Source: Neodothiora populina (Eukaryota). Taken from it: a stretch of 64,000 bases of DNA. The stretch is taken from assembly GCF_041146345.1 (NCBI RefSeq), contig NW_027191413.1, positions 1,302,001 to 1,366,000 on the forward strand, read 5' to 3'. Of the stretch, positions 1-10,164 are shown piece by piece. The notes under the pieces are model-generated. The model did no database searches and was not told where the DNA came from. It saw only the letters and a list, made by a program, of their open reading frames with translations. Position 1 is the first letter of the stretch. Every line of letters begins with the position of its first letter. Made by a program: the position numbers and the translations under genes.

Positions 1-1144
1 CGACACGAGGGGGTCCGAGCAATTATAGCCATTCTGGAATGGGGAAGCACATGTTCGCTCGCATGGTCTTGCGCTTGTAGTGTGCGGTACTTGGTTGTCT
101 TCTCTTTGGCTGAGCGTGTGCCGAAGAAAGAGGCGTTCCCATCTGTATGGGATATCGCCGTGTAGAAAGTGACCTGCTACAAGTACATTCTAGACACCAT
201 TAATATGGCCGATGGGCAAGTGGATATTCAGGGATCTTGTGCCACTGCGAGTCAGATTAGTCTGTCACAAGTCAGACACACCAGGAACGCACAGCACTTC
301 CCACCTCTTCTATTCATGTCAGATTGGTTCCAGTCTGATGCCAGATGGTGGAGGGAAAGGGGTCCATAGTTGATTCGTCATGAGGACATGTTGCATTTGT
401 CCGTGTGAGAGATAGATTGATAAGTCAGGCACAGTACAGCCATAGGCCAGGAGCACAACAAGTGAGCATTCCATAGCGTTCAACGACGAAGATCTTCCCA
501 TCTTGCATTTTGCCCTTGCTGCAAGCGTATCTGTGTCCTACTGTACTGCACAGTACTTGTCTGCCCTGCCTCAGTCAGTCTGGCCTCCTCGGTGCCCTTC
601 TGACCCACAGCGGCATCGTGACTCGACGCCGCCCCCTCGTCTCCTCCTTGTTGACCACAACCACCACTGGCGGGTGTTGATTATTTGTCTTGGTACCATA
701 CAATTCTTCGTAGCGCTCTCTTGGATTTTCTGTCGTTGACTTGTGTAGATAGAATTGACTACGCAATCACTCTTGACCGCCCATCTGTACATATCTTTGA
801 CCCTTCAATTCTTTTGACTTTTACTTGACACCAGCCAAGAAGAAGCGCAGCATTGATTGCGAGCATCACGAGCGTCACTGTGAATCTGGACTGGACCAGG
901 ATTGTTCTACATCTGCTTCATCTTTGCTTCATTTCACAGCAAAGCACACCCCGCTATATACATCCGCCTGTCTCTCTCTCTCTCTCTCTTTTTTTTTTTT
1001 ACCCTTACGCCGCAACAAGCAATAAACGTTTTGTCTCAGGATACCCCCCATCGATAACAACGTTCACTCGTCAGACTCACACTCGGACCTGCGCCTGACT
1101 AACAACGTCTATACACTCGTCAACAATATCAAGACATACACACG

Positions 1145-2149
1145 ATGGCTTCCTCGGCAGCCCAAGATGAATACGACGACCTCATGGCCCGCAACAGAGC
1201 GGCGCGCACACATCATCCAGAAGACGCAGGCGGCTCAGATAACGACTCGGTGAGCCTGAGCGAGGAAGACGAAGCCTCGAGGCAAGAAACAGCCTACCCT
1301 TCGGCTCCCACACACAACTACTCCCGTTCACGGTCCTACCTCCCCAATCAGCGCTCATACAACAACACGGGTCCCAAGGGTGTCATAGCAGATGCTCAGG
1401 CCTTCCGAGAAGCACAGTCCGCTCACCGGGCCTCGATGTCAGCAAGTCGCGCATCCTCAGACGTCAACACTCTCGTGCAGCCATACGTCGAAAACCTCAG
1501 TCTCAACGACTCGGCATACGAAGGTGAAGTCGCGCTCAAGGAGATCAAAGAGGAAGAGTACGACAAGCTACGGGGAGAGGCCGACGAAGATCTGGAGGAG
1601 GACGAGGACGATTTCATGATGCAATGGCGACTGAGCAGGCTTCAGGAACTGCGAGGCAAGAGCGTCATAGCCAGTAACGCCGCCGCCGAGCGCTTCGGCA
1701 TGAGCAAGAGCGCGAAACTCATCTACGAGGGTCTGACAGCCGTAGACGGCGAAGGGTTTCTGGAGGTCGTAGACGGCAGCCCACGAGAAGTCACTGTCCT
1801 TGTGTTTGTCTGGGATGACCGAAGCGAAGTCAGCAGTATGGTCGAGGACTGCATCCGGCAATTGGCGAGGAAGCACAAGACCACGAGGTTCATCAAGCTG
1901 CATTACCAGGACGCGGAGATGGAACCCGCGGGCGTGCCGGCTGTGCTGGCGTATAAAGGTGGTGACAAATTCGCTGGGTTGATCCCGGTGGTCGAGGAGA
2001 TACCGGATGATGCAAACTTGAGCCCGGAGACGTTGGAGAGTGTGTTTCAAAGGTACGTCGCCGCTTTCTCCTATTCACTACGTTTCCCATCCTTGCGACA
2101 TGAGAGTTAACATTGCTGACAACTCCCCGACAGACATCAAATGTTGTAG
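1145..2149 (+). CDS. Phosducin-like protein (PhLP1/PhnA/BDM-1 type; G-beta-gamma chaperone)
   Basis: N-terminal motif NTGPKGVIADA, acidic segment then W-R-x-x-R-L-x-E-L, C-terminal thioredoxin-like domain (RFIKLHY..AEMEPAGVPAVLAYKGGD). Exons 1145-2052 and 2134-2149; intron 2053-2133 (GTACGT..GCTGAC..CAG) gives the C-terminus FQRHQML*. Confidence 0.92.
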
Positions 2150-2153
2150 AGAA

Positions 2154-2191
2154 AGAAGAAGAAGAAGAAGAAGAAGAAGAAGAAGAAGAAG
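2154..2191 (+). repeat. (GAA)n microsatellite, about 12 units, just after the phosducin stop codon
   Basis: Direct reading of the sequence. Confidence 0.95.
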
Positions 2192-2661
2192 CCTCACACT
2201 CTCTCCATGACCCGTCTTCGTCCCTTTGCATTCACCACTAGTCCTTCTCGCTTTCCCCTGCTTGGTTTGTGCTACGCCGCGCGTTCTGTTCTCTTCAAAT
2301 TATCGAATGATACCCCCCTCCCCCCTGTTCCAATCTGGTCTATATTTTTTTTTTTGGTTTGAGACAATGCGCTGTGTCCATTTTGCTTTTTGCTGCTGGT
2401 GCTGGTGCTGCTTGCTTGATGGCTTGCTTGATTGGTCGATTGACTGTTCAATTCCTGCATAGTTTGGGAAAAGGAACGATTATGGTGGCTCTATAGAAAA
2501 GGCATGGTCTCGGTGCATAGTCACAGATAGATGCATTACAGAAAAGAAATACGGAATCAAGCACAAGATCTTCAGTCATTCTATGTGATCTGGTATATGT
2601 CTTTTGCTTCCATATACATCTAATGGGTATCTTACAGGAACCAGAAGGAGGCATTTCTCTC

Positions 2662-3408
2662 TTATTCGACGACACTAATACCCACTCCACCCTTCTTCTT
2701 CTTCTTCTTGATGCCCATCATCTTGCGTAACACCTCGCCCTCCTCATCATCATCATCCTCTTTTTCATCCTTACCAGCCTCTTCCGTTCCCTTCCCATCT
2801 CCCATCCCCGTCATCTCCTCTTCCTCATCTTCGTCATCCGAACCAGCTCCCTCCCCCATCCACCCCAACCCATCCCCACCCTCCTCCTGTCCCTCCTTCT
2901 TCTCCTCCAGAACCCCGAGCCCAAGGTCCATCTCGATATACCCGCCCTTGGCGCCCTCGTCGACGTCCTCGAAGGTCTTGAGCGTGCCGTTCTGGCGCGC
3001 GGCGAGGATGTCGGCGTTTGAGGCGGCGAGTTTGGGCAGGAAGGATGAGAGGCGCGAGAGCAGGTCTGGAGCGCCTTGTTGTTGCTGTGAAGAAGAGGTG
3101 GGGGTCGTCGTCGTCGTCGTGGATGAGGAGGAGAGAGGGAGGTTGGAGGTGCGCATTAGGGGTTTTTGAACAGGGAGCGTTATTGGTGTTTGTTGGGGTT
3201 GGGGCAGTTCTGTGTCTGAGGAGTCCGAGTCCGAGTCCGAGTCCGAGTCGGAGGCTTCTGATGAGGAGGATGAGGAGGAGGACGATAGTTCGGAGTCCGA
3301 GGTCCTTGTCGATGGCTCGATTGATGTTGCTGGTGTGTTGGACGGTTCTCTAATGGGCAGAGTGGGCGTCGATGAGGACGTGGATGGTGTTGATGTGCTC
3401 GTCGTCAT
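2662..3408 (-). CDS. DUF4598 / NOPCHAP1-like (C12orf45-like) protein
   Basis: Low-complexity S/D/E ORF with the family-like motifs LLSRLSSFLPKLAASN and YIEMDLGLGVLEEK, plus a basic C-terminal tail. Confidence 0.75.
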   Translation of the reverse strand: MTTSTSTPSTSSSTPTLPIREPSNTPATSIEPSTRTSDSELSSSSSSSSSEASDSDSDSDSDSSDTELPQPQQTPITLPVQKPLMRTSNLPLSSSSTTTTTTPTSSSQQQQGAPDLLSRLSSFLPKLAASNADILAARQNGTLKTFEDVDEGAKGGYIEMDLGLGVLEEKKEGQEEGGDGLGWMGEGAGSDDEDEEEEMTGMGDGKGTEEAGKDEKEDDDDEEGEVLRKMMGIKKKKKKGGVGISVVE

Positions 3409-3795
3409 TGTGCTTGTGGACGTGTTGCTGTTGTCTTGGATTTGATATGAAGGAGTAGGGGCGAGGTTGTTTTGTTGTTATGCTTCCTCTTTGAAGTGCA
3501 AGAAGAATAAAACAAATTCGAATGATATCGCGTTCTGGTATAGATGATGGAAGATAAGGTAAGATATGTTGAAATGAAGGTCAAAGGACTACTTTTATTT
3601 TCTTTATTCTTTAATCCGGGAAAAAGTAGAGTTCGATAAGATAAGAAGACAATCTGGTTATGATGAAATAATAAAGACCCTTTATTGTAGCTTATCGATT
3701 GTCAAGACTCCATCATCATCTCTTGAACTAACGGACATATCAGATTACAACATAATCCGTACTGTTCACCATCTCCAAAGTCATCATCATATACA

Positions 3796-5341
3796 TCAGT
3801 AAAAGTGCACAGCGAGACGCTTGTTGGCCGAGGCTATGTCCGGCACTCCAGTCCCACCCTGCACGTATGCCTTGTGCTTGATACTCTCTTGAGCCTTGAT
3901 GGCCGCCTCATTGGGGCCACCCATCCAATTACCCATGGTGCTAGCAATGACTCTCTTCCCGTCGCTTCGAGTCACAAATGCAGCAGGAGGAGCATTGATG
4001 GGCGTCGTGAATCCACCACTGACATTGGTTCCGTCTGTACTCGAAATCGTGGCAGGTCCGTCATTGCCTTGCTCTACGCTGATGTCGCCGTGCGCCTTGT
4101 GGTCATTACTCGCTTCAATCTGGAACTCAGCCCAAGTCGCTGGAATCAGCTTTCCCCTTTGCACTCGACCTTTGAACGACGTAGCCAGGCTGACGAACGT
4201 GGTGTGACCTGCTGCTACCTTGACAGACTTGAGAGGATGGTCAAAGTTGGCTCCAGCGGTGCCGTTGCCATTCCAGTAATTGTCGAAGAAGAAATATGTC
4301 TCTTCTTGCTTGGACTTGTTGCTAAGCAGGATTCCTGGTGCCTTGCCGTTGTCTTCATTGCCAGCGGGAGCCAACTGGGCTGATAGTGCCTTGACACGTT
4401 CGACAGGATGCAACGACACTCCTACGTGCTCTGTACTTGCGACAACAGAAGAAGCTGGAGATGATAACAGTCAGATACGTCGAAAACAAGACTAGATACG
4501 CAAGAAACAAAAACTAACGTCTGAGATTGATGACCTGCCCGATCTGCAGCTTCTTTGCATCAACACCTGGATTGGCCTTTTCAATCTCTTCCACCGCGAT
4601 ACCATGATCTTTCGCAATCGAGAAGAACGTGTCTCCCGCCTTGACGGTATATTTATGGGCATCTTCAGGAAGGTGACCATTGGCTGGCTTGACTCCATCA
4701 GGGGTCGCATCACCATCACTGTAGGTGACAATGATGTCTCTGTTCCCCTTGCCTGCTTTGCTCTAGGCGACACAGTCAGCATTGATTACTAACATGCTCA
4801 GACACTTCATTACCTGTTGGTTGTCGCCATCGTCTCCTGTTTTGCCATTCCAGGCTCCCGTATCGATATATGTCTTGCCCTCCGCGAATCTGCGAACAAA
4901 CGCGATCAGTGCAGGCTTGTTGGTCGTTCCGTCCATTCTGACAACGTTTCCTGCTTTGTCAAAGTGCAGCGAGGGCTTGACCGAGTCTCTTGTCTTCTGG
5001 TCTGCCTTCTTCCACTCTTCGTTCAGACCTTGCATGAAAGTGGCATCTCCCTTCATCGTACTGGGTTCAGCGACTTGCATGACTGTTACGTTACCTCCGG
5101 CACCCACGATGTTGCTGATGTCGATAAAGTCGTTGCCTCCAAATCCTTTCTTGGTGATTTCAGCCTCCTCCCCTTCATGTCCGTCGTGCAATGCAATGAT
5201 GGCGCCAGAAGCACCGTCAGGGGCGGCTATCTTGCTGGTCCCGTGAGCTGGCACGGTGATATTTGCATTGCCATTGAAGCCATGGACTTCGAACTCCTGC
5301 TTGTGGTCCGACTTGTTGTGGATGGAGATGGTATGAGACAT
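3796..5341 (-). CDS. 476-aa protein: putative thaumatin-like domain + LysM + putative thaumatin-like domain; no signal peptide, no Cys
   Basis: Exons 5341-4814, 4762-4519, 4454-3796. Introns 4813-4763 (GTAATG..GCTGAC..TAG) and 4518-4455 (GTTAGT..CTGAC..CAG) join ORF-track ORFs 4763..5341 and 3796..4419 in frame. The middle exon encodes a LysM (YTVKAGDTFFSIAKDHGIAVEEIEKANPGVDAKKLQIGQVINL, 4651-4523). The thaumatin-like call rests on motifs (GRVQR..PATWAEF..HGDISVEQG; EEAEI..DFIDISNIVG) and is less certain than the gene model. Confidence 0.8.
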
Positions 5342-6532
5342 GTTGGATCAGAAGATAAGCTTGTAGGTCTATTAATTTATTGTATACGAGGTAAGTCTTT
5401 TATTTCCAGATCACCAAACCGTGCTCCTCTCTCTTCTTATATCTTTGCCTACGATGCCGAAGGACAAGTCCACTTGCCACAGCCACAACATGACCTACCT
5501 GAAAGCGCAGCATCGTACCCTACGATGGAGTATAGATGTTCGTGGTTCCCGTTGGCAACCATTACGTACGGCTTAGCAGTTGACGAATATGTAATTCCAA
5601 CATGACCTATCCAATGGTTATCATTAGCTGTTATAGTCATACAGGAATGTTGCCACAGATCCGAAGTAAGACGGTGGCTGATGAGATGTGAAGGATGGAC
5701 TTTGTGTCTGCCTGATAGACAGCCTCATCTCCTCGACAAAATAGGCAAGCGGACTAAAGACTTCAGCTCTTACGTGTTATACGAACTTTAGCGCCCTGCT
5801 CCTCCGCCAGTAAGATCTGTTATCACGAACAAGCCCAAAACCGGGAAGCTGGGTTGGCTGCAGTCAGGTGGTCATCGTGCATACACACATGCATATAATA
5901 TCTTGGCATGTTGTATTGGGCCTTTGCAGCAACCTCACGTCCTGCTCCAGCCTTGGGTCCTTATTCTTCGACCCAAGACAGTCGAACCATGTGTATATTC
6001 GCAAATGACCCAGGACTGGCATTGGGTGTAGCAAGGGTTGACCGGTAGGGCGGAGCGAGGCTATCATCAGCGCTACCTGCAGTCGTACTGCATGAACCGC
6101 TCAGACTAAGTGAATCTTTCCACCTGATCACAACCTCACCTCTCTTATGATTCAATACACTGTGCAAGATACCGCATCCCTATTCCGTTCGCAATAACGG
6201 CCCCAAACCTTCATGCGATGGCACATCCGCATCCTGATCCCCTCTTTCAAACGTACAGGAGCAACGCAACCGAGGACGGTATGTGAGGCCACTCGGCAAC
6301 CTACACGGTGTCTGACCATACTTTACGGCCTTGCGAGAATGGTACGCCTGAGGCGCAGCTCGAGCTGGGAAGATCAGCTGTAGCATGGTGCTGTTACTGC
6401 GTCACAAATACAAGATACAAGCAATAAGAATGCACCGAGCCTATATCTCGCGTGTACCCCTTGACCAGACCTCGAAAGAGCACTGTGATATTGTCAGATC
6501 TCCCCCTCTAACAAAACAATCAAACACGCACC

Positions 6533-7294
6533 ATGGCTCACAAAAGATCCATCTCCTGGTCCTACCAAAATACCGCGAACCCAACAACAGCAGCAGCCAT
6601 AAACCAGCTGAACTTCCACGGGCCCATCAAATCCCTCAGCAACTGGGAACTATGGAGTCCCCCAGAGCTCAAAAACCGCCTGACCTTCCGTCCCATGGTC
6701 CATGACCCATCGCGCTTCACGAGCGCCGAATGGGCCTCGACGAGCAAATCGACGCGCAACGCAATCATCCACTTCTACAACGAGCCGGAGCGCATCCCCG
6801 TGAGTCCCTCGGACGCCGCGCAAGCCTGGACCTCCAAAATGCTACCTCTTCGCCACGAAAACCGCGGCAACCGACTCGTCAGCCCGTCCGTAGCAGGCGA
6901 CAGCGCGGGCGCCTCGTGGCTGCACAAATGGATGGACATGATCAGCAGCAAAGACGCCGCCGCGCACAAACCCGATTTTTTGGGTCTGCACTACTACGGC
7001 ACCTCGAGCGCCGCCATAATTGCCTGTCTGACCAGCATGCACGATAAGTACCACTTGCCTGTCATCGTGTCCGAGTGGGCGTGCACGTCGCGCGACGAGC
7101 ATGAGGTGCTGCAGTTCACGGTCGCGATGACGGATTGGATGGATCGCACGGACTGGGTGTTTGAGTATACGCTTTTTGGACTCACTGCTGCGCCCGTCGA
7201 TGGGTTTGTCTCGCCCGCTGCGCAGTTGATGAGGGGGGATAGGTTTACGCCGCTTATGAGGAAGTATATGGATGAGGTGCCTATGAAGTTGTAG
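6533..7294 (+). CDS. Glycoside hydrolase family 128 (Glyco_hydro_cc/Asl1-like) beta-1,3-glucanase, no signal peptide
   Basis: Intronless 253-aa ORF with KR-x-x-x-W start, NW, FRPMV, NEPE (acid/base Glu), LVSPS, PDFLGLHYY and PVIVSEWA (nucleophile Glu) motifs. Confidence 0.88.
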   Translation: MAHKRSISWSYQNTANPTTAAAINQLNFHGPIKSLSNWELWSPPELKNRLTFRPMVHDPSRFTSAEWASTSKSTRNAIIHFYNEPERIPVSPSDAAQAWTSKMLPLRHENRGNRLVSPSVAGDSAGASWLHKWMDMISSKDAAAHKPDFLGLHYYGTSSAAIIACLTSMHDKYHLPVIVSEWACTSRDEHEVLQFTVAMTDWMDRTDWVFEYTLFGLTAAPVDGFVSPAAQLMRGDRFTPLMRKYMDEVPMKL

Positions 7295-8517
7295 GGATTG
7301 CGTTCATTTTGACTTTTGCGGTTTTTTGGTTTCTCGAGGGCCGCTGGGAATGGAAGTGATTGGGCATTTGCTTTGGCTGATGGCAAGTGGTGGGATTATG
7401 GCTGTCGGTTCTCGGGATTGTTCTCGATTGATAGTCATCTGTTTTCTGTTCACTCGTCATATTTCCGGGACTGTAACACAGTCTGCCATGACACTTTCAT
7501 AGTAATCTTGCGATAACGAACTCGACACCCTGGACGAGATCATGTGTAGTAAGAAACAAATTCCGCTGGTCCCGCTGGGTCAAGTGAAGTCATGCACTTT
7601 TCCTCAGGAGAATGACTCTTCTCACTAACCGCCGCACAAGCCTGAGAACTTCCTTTCACCTCCAAGGAAATAGCAGCCCATGCTAAAAACGTCAATGGGA
7701 TACATAGATCTCAAACCCCAATCAACCAAACTACTGAACAGCATCAAGGACGCCTGAAACGAACCAGTGACTTCAGGCGTCCATCTTGGCCCCCTCTTTT
7801 ACTCTGACCGTCTTTCGCTACTAGTCAGCTGAGGTCCGTCTAAGCTCACGTCACTTTCGTTTCTGGGCTATGTCTACGCTGGTTTTGTGTTTCACAAGAG
7901 GACGCCTCACGCATGGCCTAGGTAGTTGGTCTGAAGGCTGTCAAATGACTTATTCTCGGCGGGGCTGAGGAGAAGGAGACGCTAACATGGTGTAGTCGTT
8001 GGGGATTTGTGGTTACATTGCTGGACTTGTATGTTTTCCTTGGTATCTGTGTAGTAGTAGCAGAAGGATGAAGGAGAAGCGTGGCTTACTGCTGGATCGG
8101 ATGTGTTTATGGCTAGGTCTGTTATTGGATATGTTCGCTTTTCTTGTTGGTGTTCAGCTGCTGATATGTAATGGCTCAGGCTTACTTTTCGATTCGTACT
8201 GTGGTGAAGCTACTGTGTCTGACCTTTTGAACAAGGCGCAGTGAGGTACTGCAAGTTGCTGCTCGCTCCTTTCTGGTCTCAGCTGTCGAGGGGGAGTATG
8301 ACTCTGAGTTGATGAGCAATCAGGCCTCGAGGCTGATGATTGTGGTCATGGTTTAGCCGAGGTTGTACTGACACCAAATTCGGATCGATAGTAAATGAAT
8401 AGTGTTCGGTATAAAGAGGTTTGTTTCGTCGAGCAGGGCAAAGGCCGTTCTTTCAAACAACAAACACCATCTTCTTTACCTCCGGATTAAATACTCATAA
8501 GATCTTCCCACACAGCA

Positions 8518-9423
8518 ATGTCACAATACGTAATCAAAGCAGGTGACACTCTGTTCGACATTGCCAAAGCGAACGGCACAACCGTCGAAGCCATCGATGC
8601 TGCAAATCCGGGCATCAACGCCTCCAATCTGCAAGTTGGCGAAAAGATCAATCTCTCCTCGAGCTCCAAAACCACAAAGTACACGATCAAAGCCGGAGAC
8701 ACATTGTTTGAGATCGCAAAGGCCCACAACACCACAGTCAAAGCGATCGAAGCTGCCAATCCTGGTATCAAAGCCGATAACCTACAAGTGGGTCATCAAA
8801 TCAACATCCCTTCTGCTGGAGGAGCCTCGAGTGGTGGTGGTAGTGGTGGTGCAGGATCTCATCCCGGAGAGGGTGGCAAGGAGGTAGGCCAAGGTTATAA
8901 AGCATACAGCGGGCCTGCCTCAAACTATCCTCATCCTTCGACCTGGGCATCGTACGACACTCTTGTTTCCCAGAACCATCGTCTGATGAAATTCCATGAT
9001 TCGGACTCCGAGATTCAGCTTATAGTCAAGGATGTCAAGACCGTGGCCAATGAGTCTGGTACCGATGCCCGCGTCATTCTATGCACCATCATGCAGGAAA
9101 GTGGTGGAGACCCTCGTGTCGTGGTGACGAACAATGGTGTTCGAAACCCGGGTCTCATGCAGTCTCACAATGGAGTGGGGTGGAACGCAAATGATCCGGC
9201 TGGCAGCATCCTGCAGATGATTAGAGATGGAACGGAAGGGACCAAGGACGGTGATGGTCTCAAGCAGCTGTACAAGCGCTACGGCAACTACTATGAGGCC
9301 ATGAGAGATTACAATTCGGGGTCTGTGAACCAAAATGACTTGAATGATCCAGTAGGAGCTACACCCAAGTACGTCGAGGATATCGCCAACAGGCTCATGG
9401 GTCATGTTTGGAACAACATGTAG
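8518..9423 (+). CDS. 2x LysM + lysozyme-like (SLT/GH23-type) muramidase/chitin-active protein, no signal peptide
   Basis: LysM repeats at 8527-8655 and 8680-8811, a Gly-rich linker, then the lytic-transglycosylase/goose-lysozyme motifs IMQESGG, GLMQ and AMRDYNSG. TATAAA at 8410-8415. Confidence 0.88.
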   Translation: MSQYVIKAGDTLFDIAKANGTTVEAIDAANPGINASNLQVGEKINLSSSSKTTKYTIKAGDTLFEIAKAHNTTVKAIEAANPGIKADNLQVGHQINIPSAGGASSGGGSGGAGSHPGEGGKEVGQGYKAYSGPASNYPHPSTWASYDTLVSQNHRLMKFHDSDSEIQLIVKDVKTVANESGTDARVILCTIMQESGGDPRVVVTNNGVRNPGLMQSHNGVGWNANDPAGSILQMIRDGTEGTKDGDGLKQLYKRYGNYYEAMRDYNSGSVNQNDLNDPVGATPKYVEDIANRLMGHVWNNM

Positions 9424-10164
9424 GAAAGCATCGAGTGGGCGCCGTCGCAGGCTGTCAGAGGATGGTTTACTTGGTCTTGCATTGTACTGACTGCATCATT
9501 TCGTTTGCTTGATTGTTAGTACATAGTTTACTCCAATATTACGCTTTACTCCGATTCCGTTTCGACCTAAGACATGCAGCTAGTAGCTTAAGCATGCCGT
9601 GACGCCAGGAGCTAAGAGGCTGAGAAGACGATGTGCTGCATGTGTAGTGTATCCTTCCACCCAAAAGAACTGTTGGTATTGGAGCTGTCGTCAGTGAGAT
9701 ATCAGGCACTGACTATCATATACGGCCCCCGCACCACATGTCATGGTATCAGTAACGGCAAGTCATCCAAGCGCGGGTCGATGCGCCAACAAGAGCCTGC
9801 ATGATCTTCCTCCTTGTAGATCAAATCAGCAGGTACCGTAGAGACTGCGCAACGACGGTCTTGACAGGTCCAGTCATCCGGTGGCTTAGCCGATCAGGCA
9901 ACCCTTCAGCTGTGGCCTTACGCGGCGAACTGTAGCGTAAGGATTAAATTCAGGTGCAACTTCTATTTTCGTGCAGCTCAGCTCACGATTCTGCTTTGTT
10001 TCGACCTGATATCCGGTTGCTGAAGGCCTGAAGGTATTGTGGTGGCTGGATAGCAATGTCATTCGCGTCGGCAGTGATGGCTTTTCGCCGTATAAGTAGG
10101 CCCGGGTCGTCCTCCTCAATGCTCTAGAAACCACAATCATCCACTGCTCAAACCTACCGCAATC

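Noticed and set aside
4492..4782. ORF-track 96-aa minus ORF (MLTVSPRAKQ...)
   Set aside because: Wrong frame; the same DNA in another minus frame is the LysM-encoding middle exon of the 3796-5341 gene.
4817..5605. 262-aa plus-strand ORF, and similar long antisense ORFs (2708-3169, 11689-12327, 21859-22572, 61271-62071)
   Set aside because: They lie antisense to well-supported genes and have no family motifs; these are shadow ORFs caused by codon bias.
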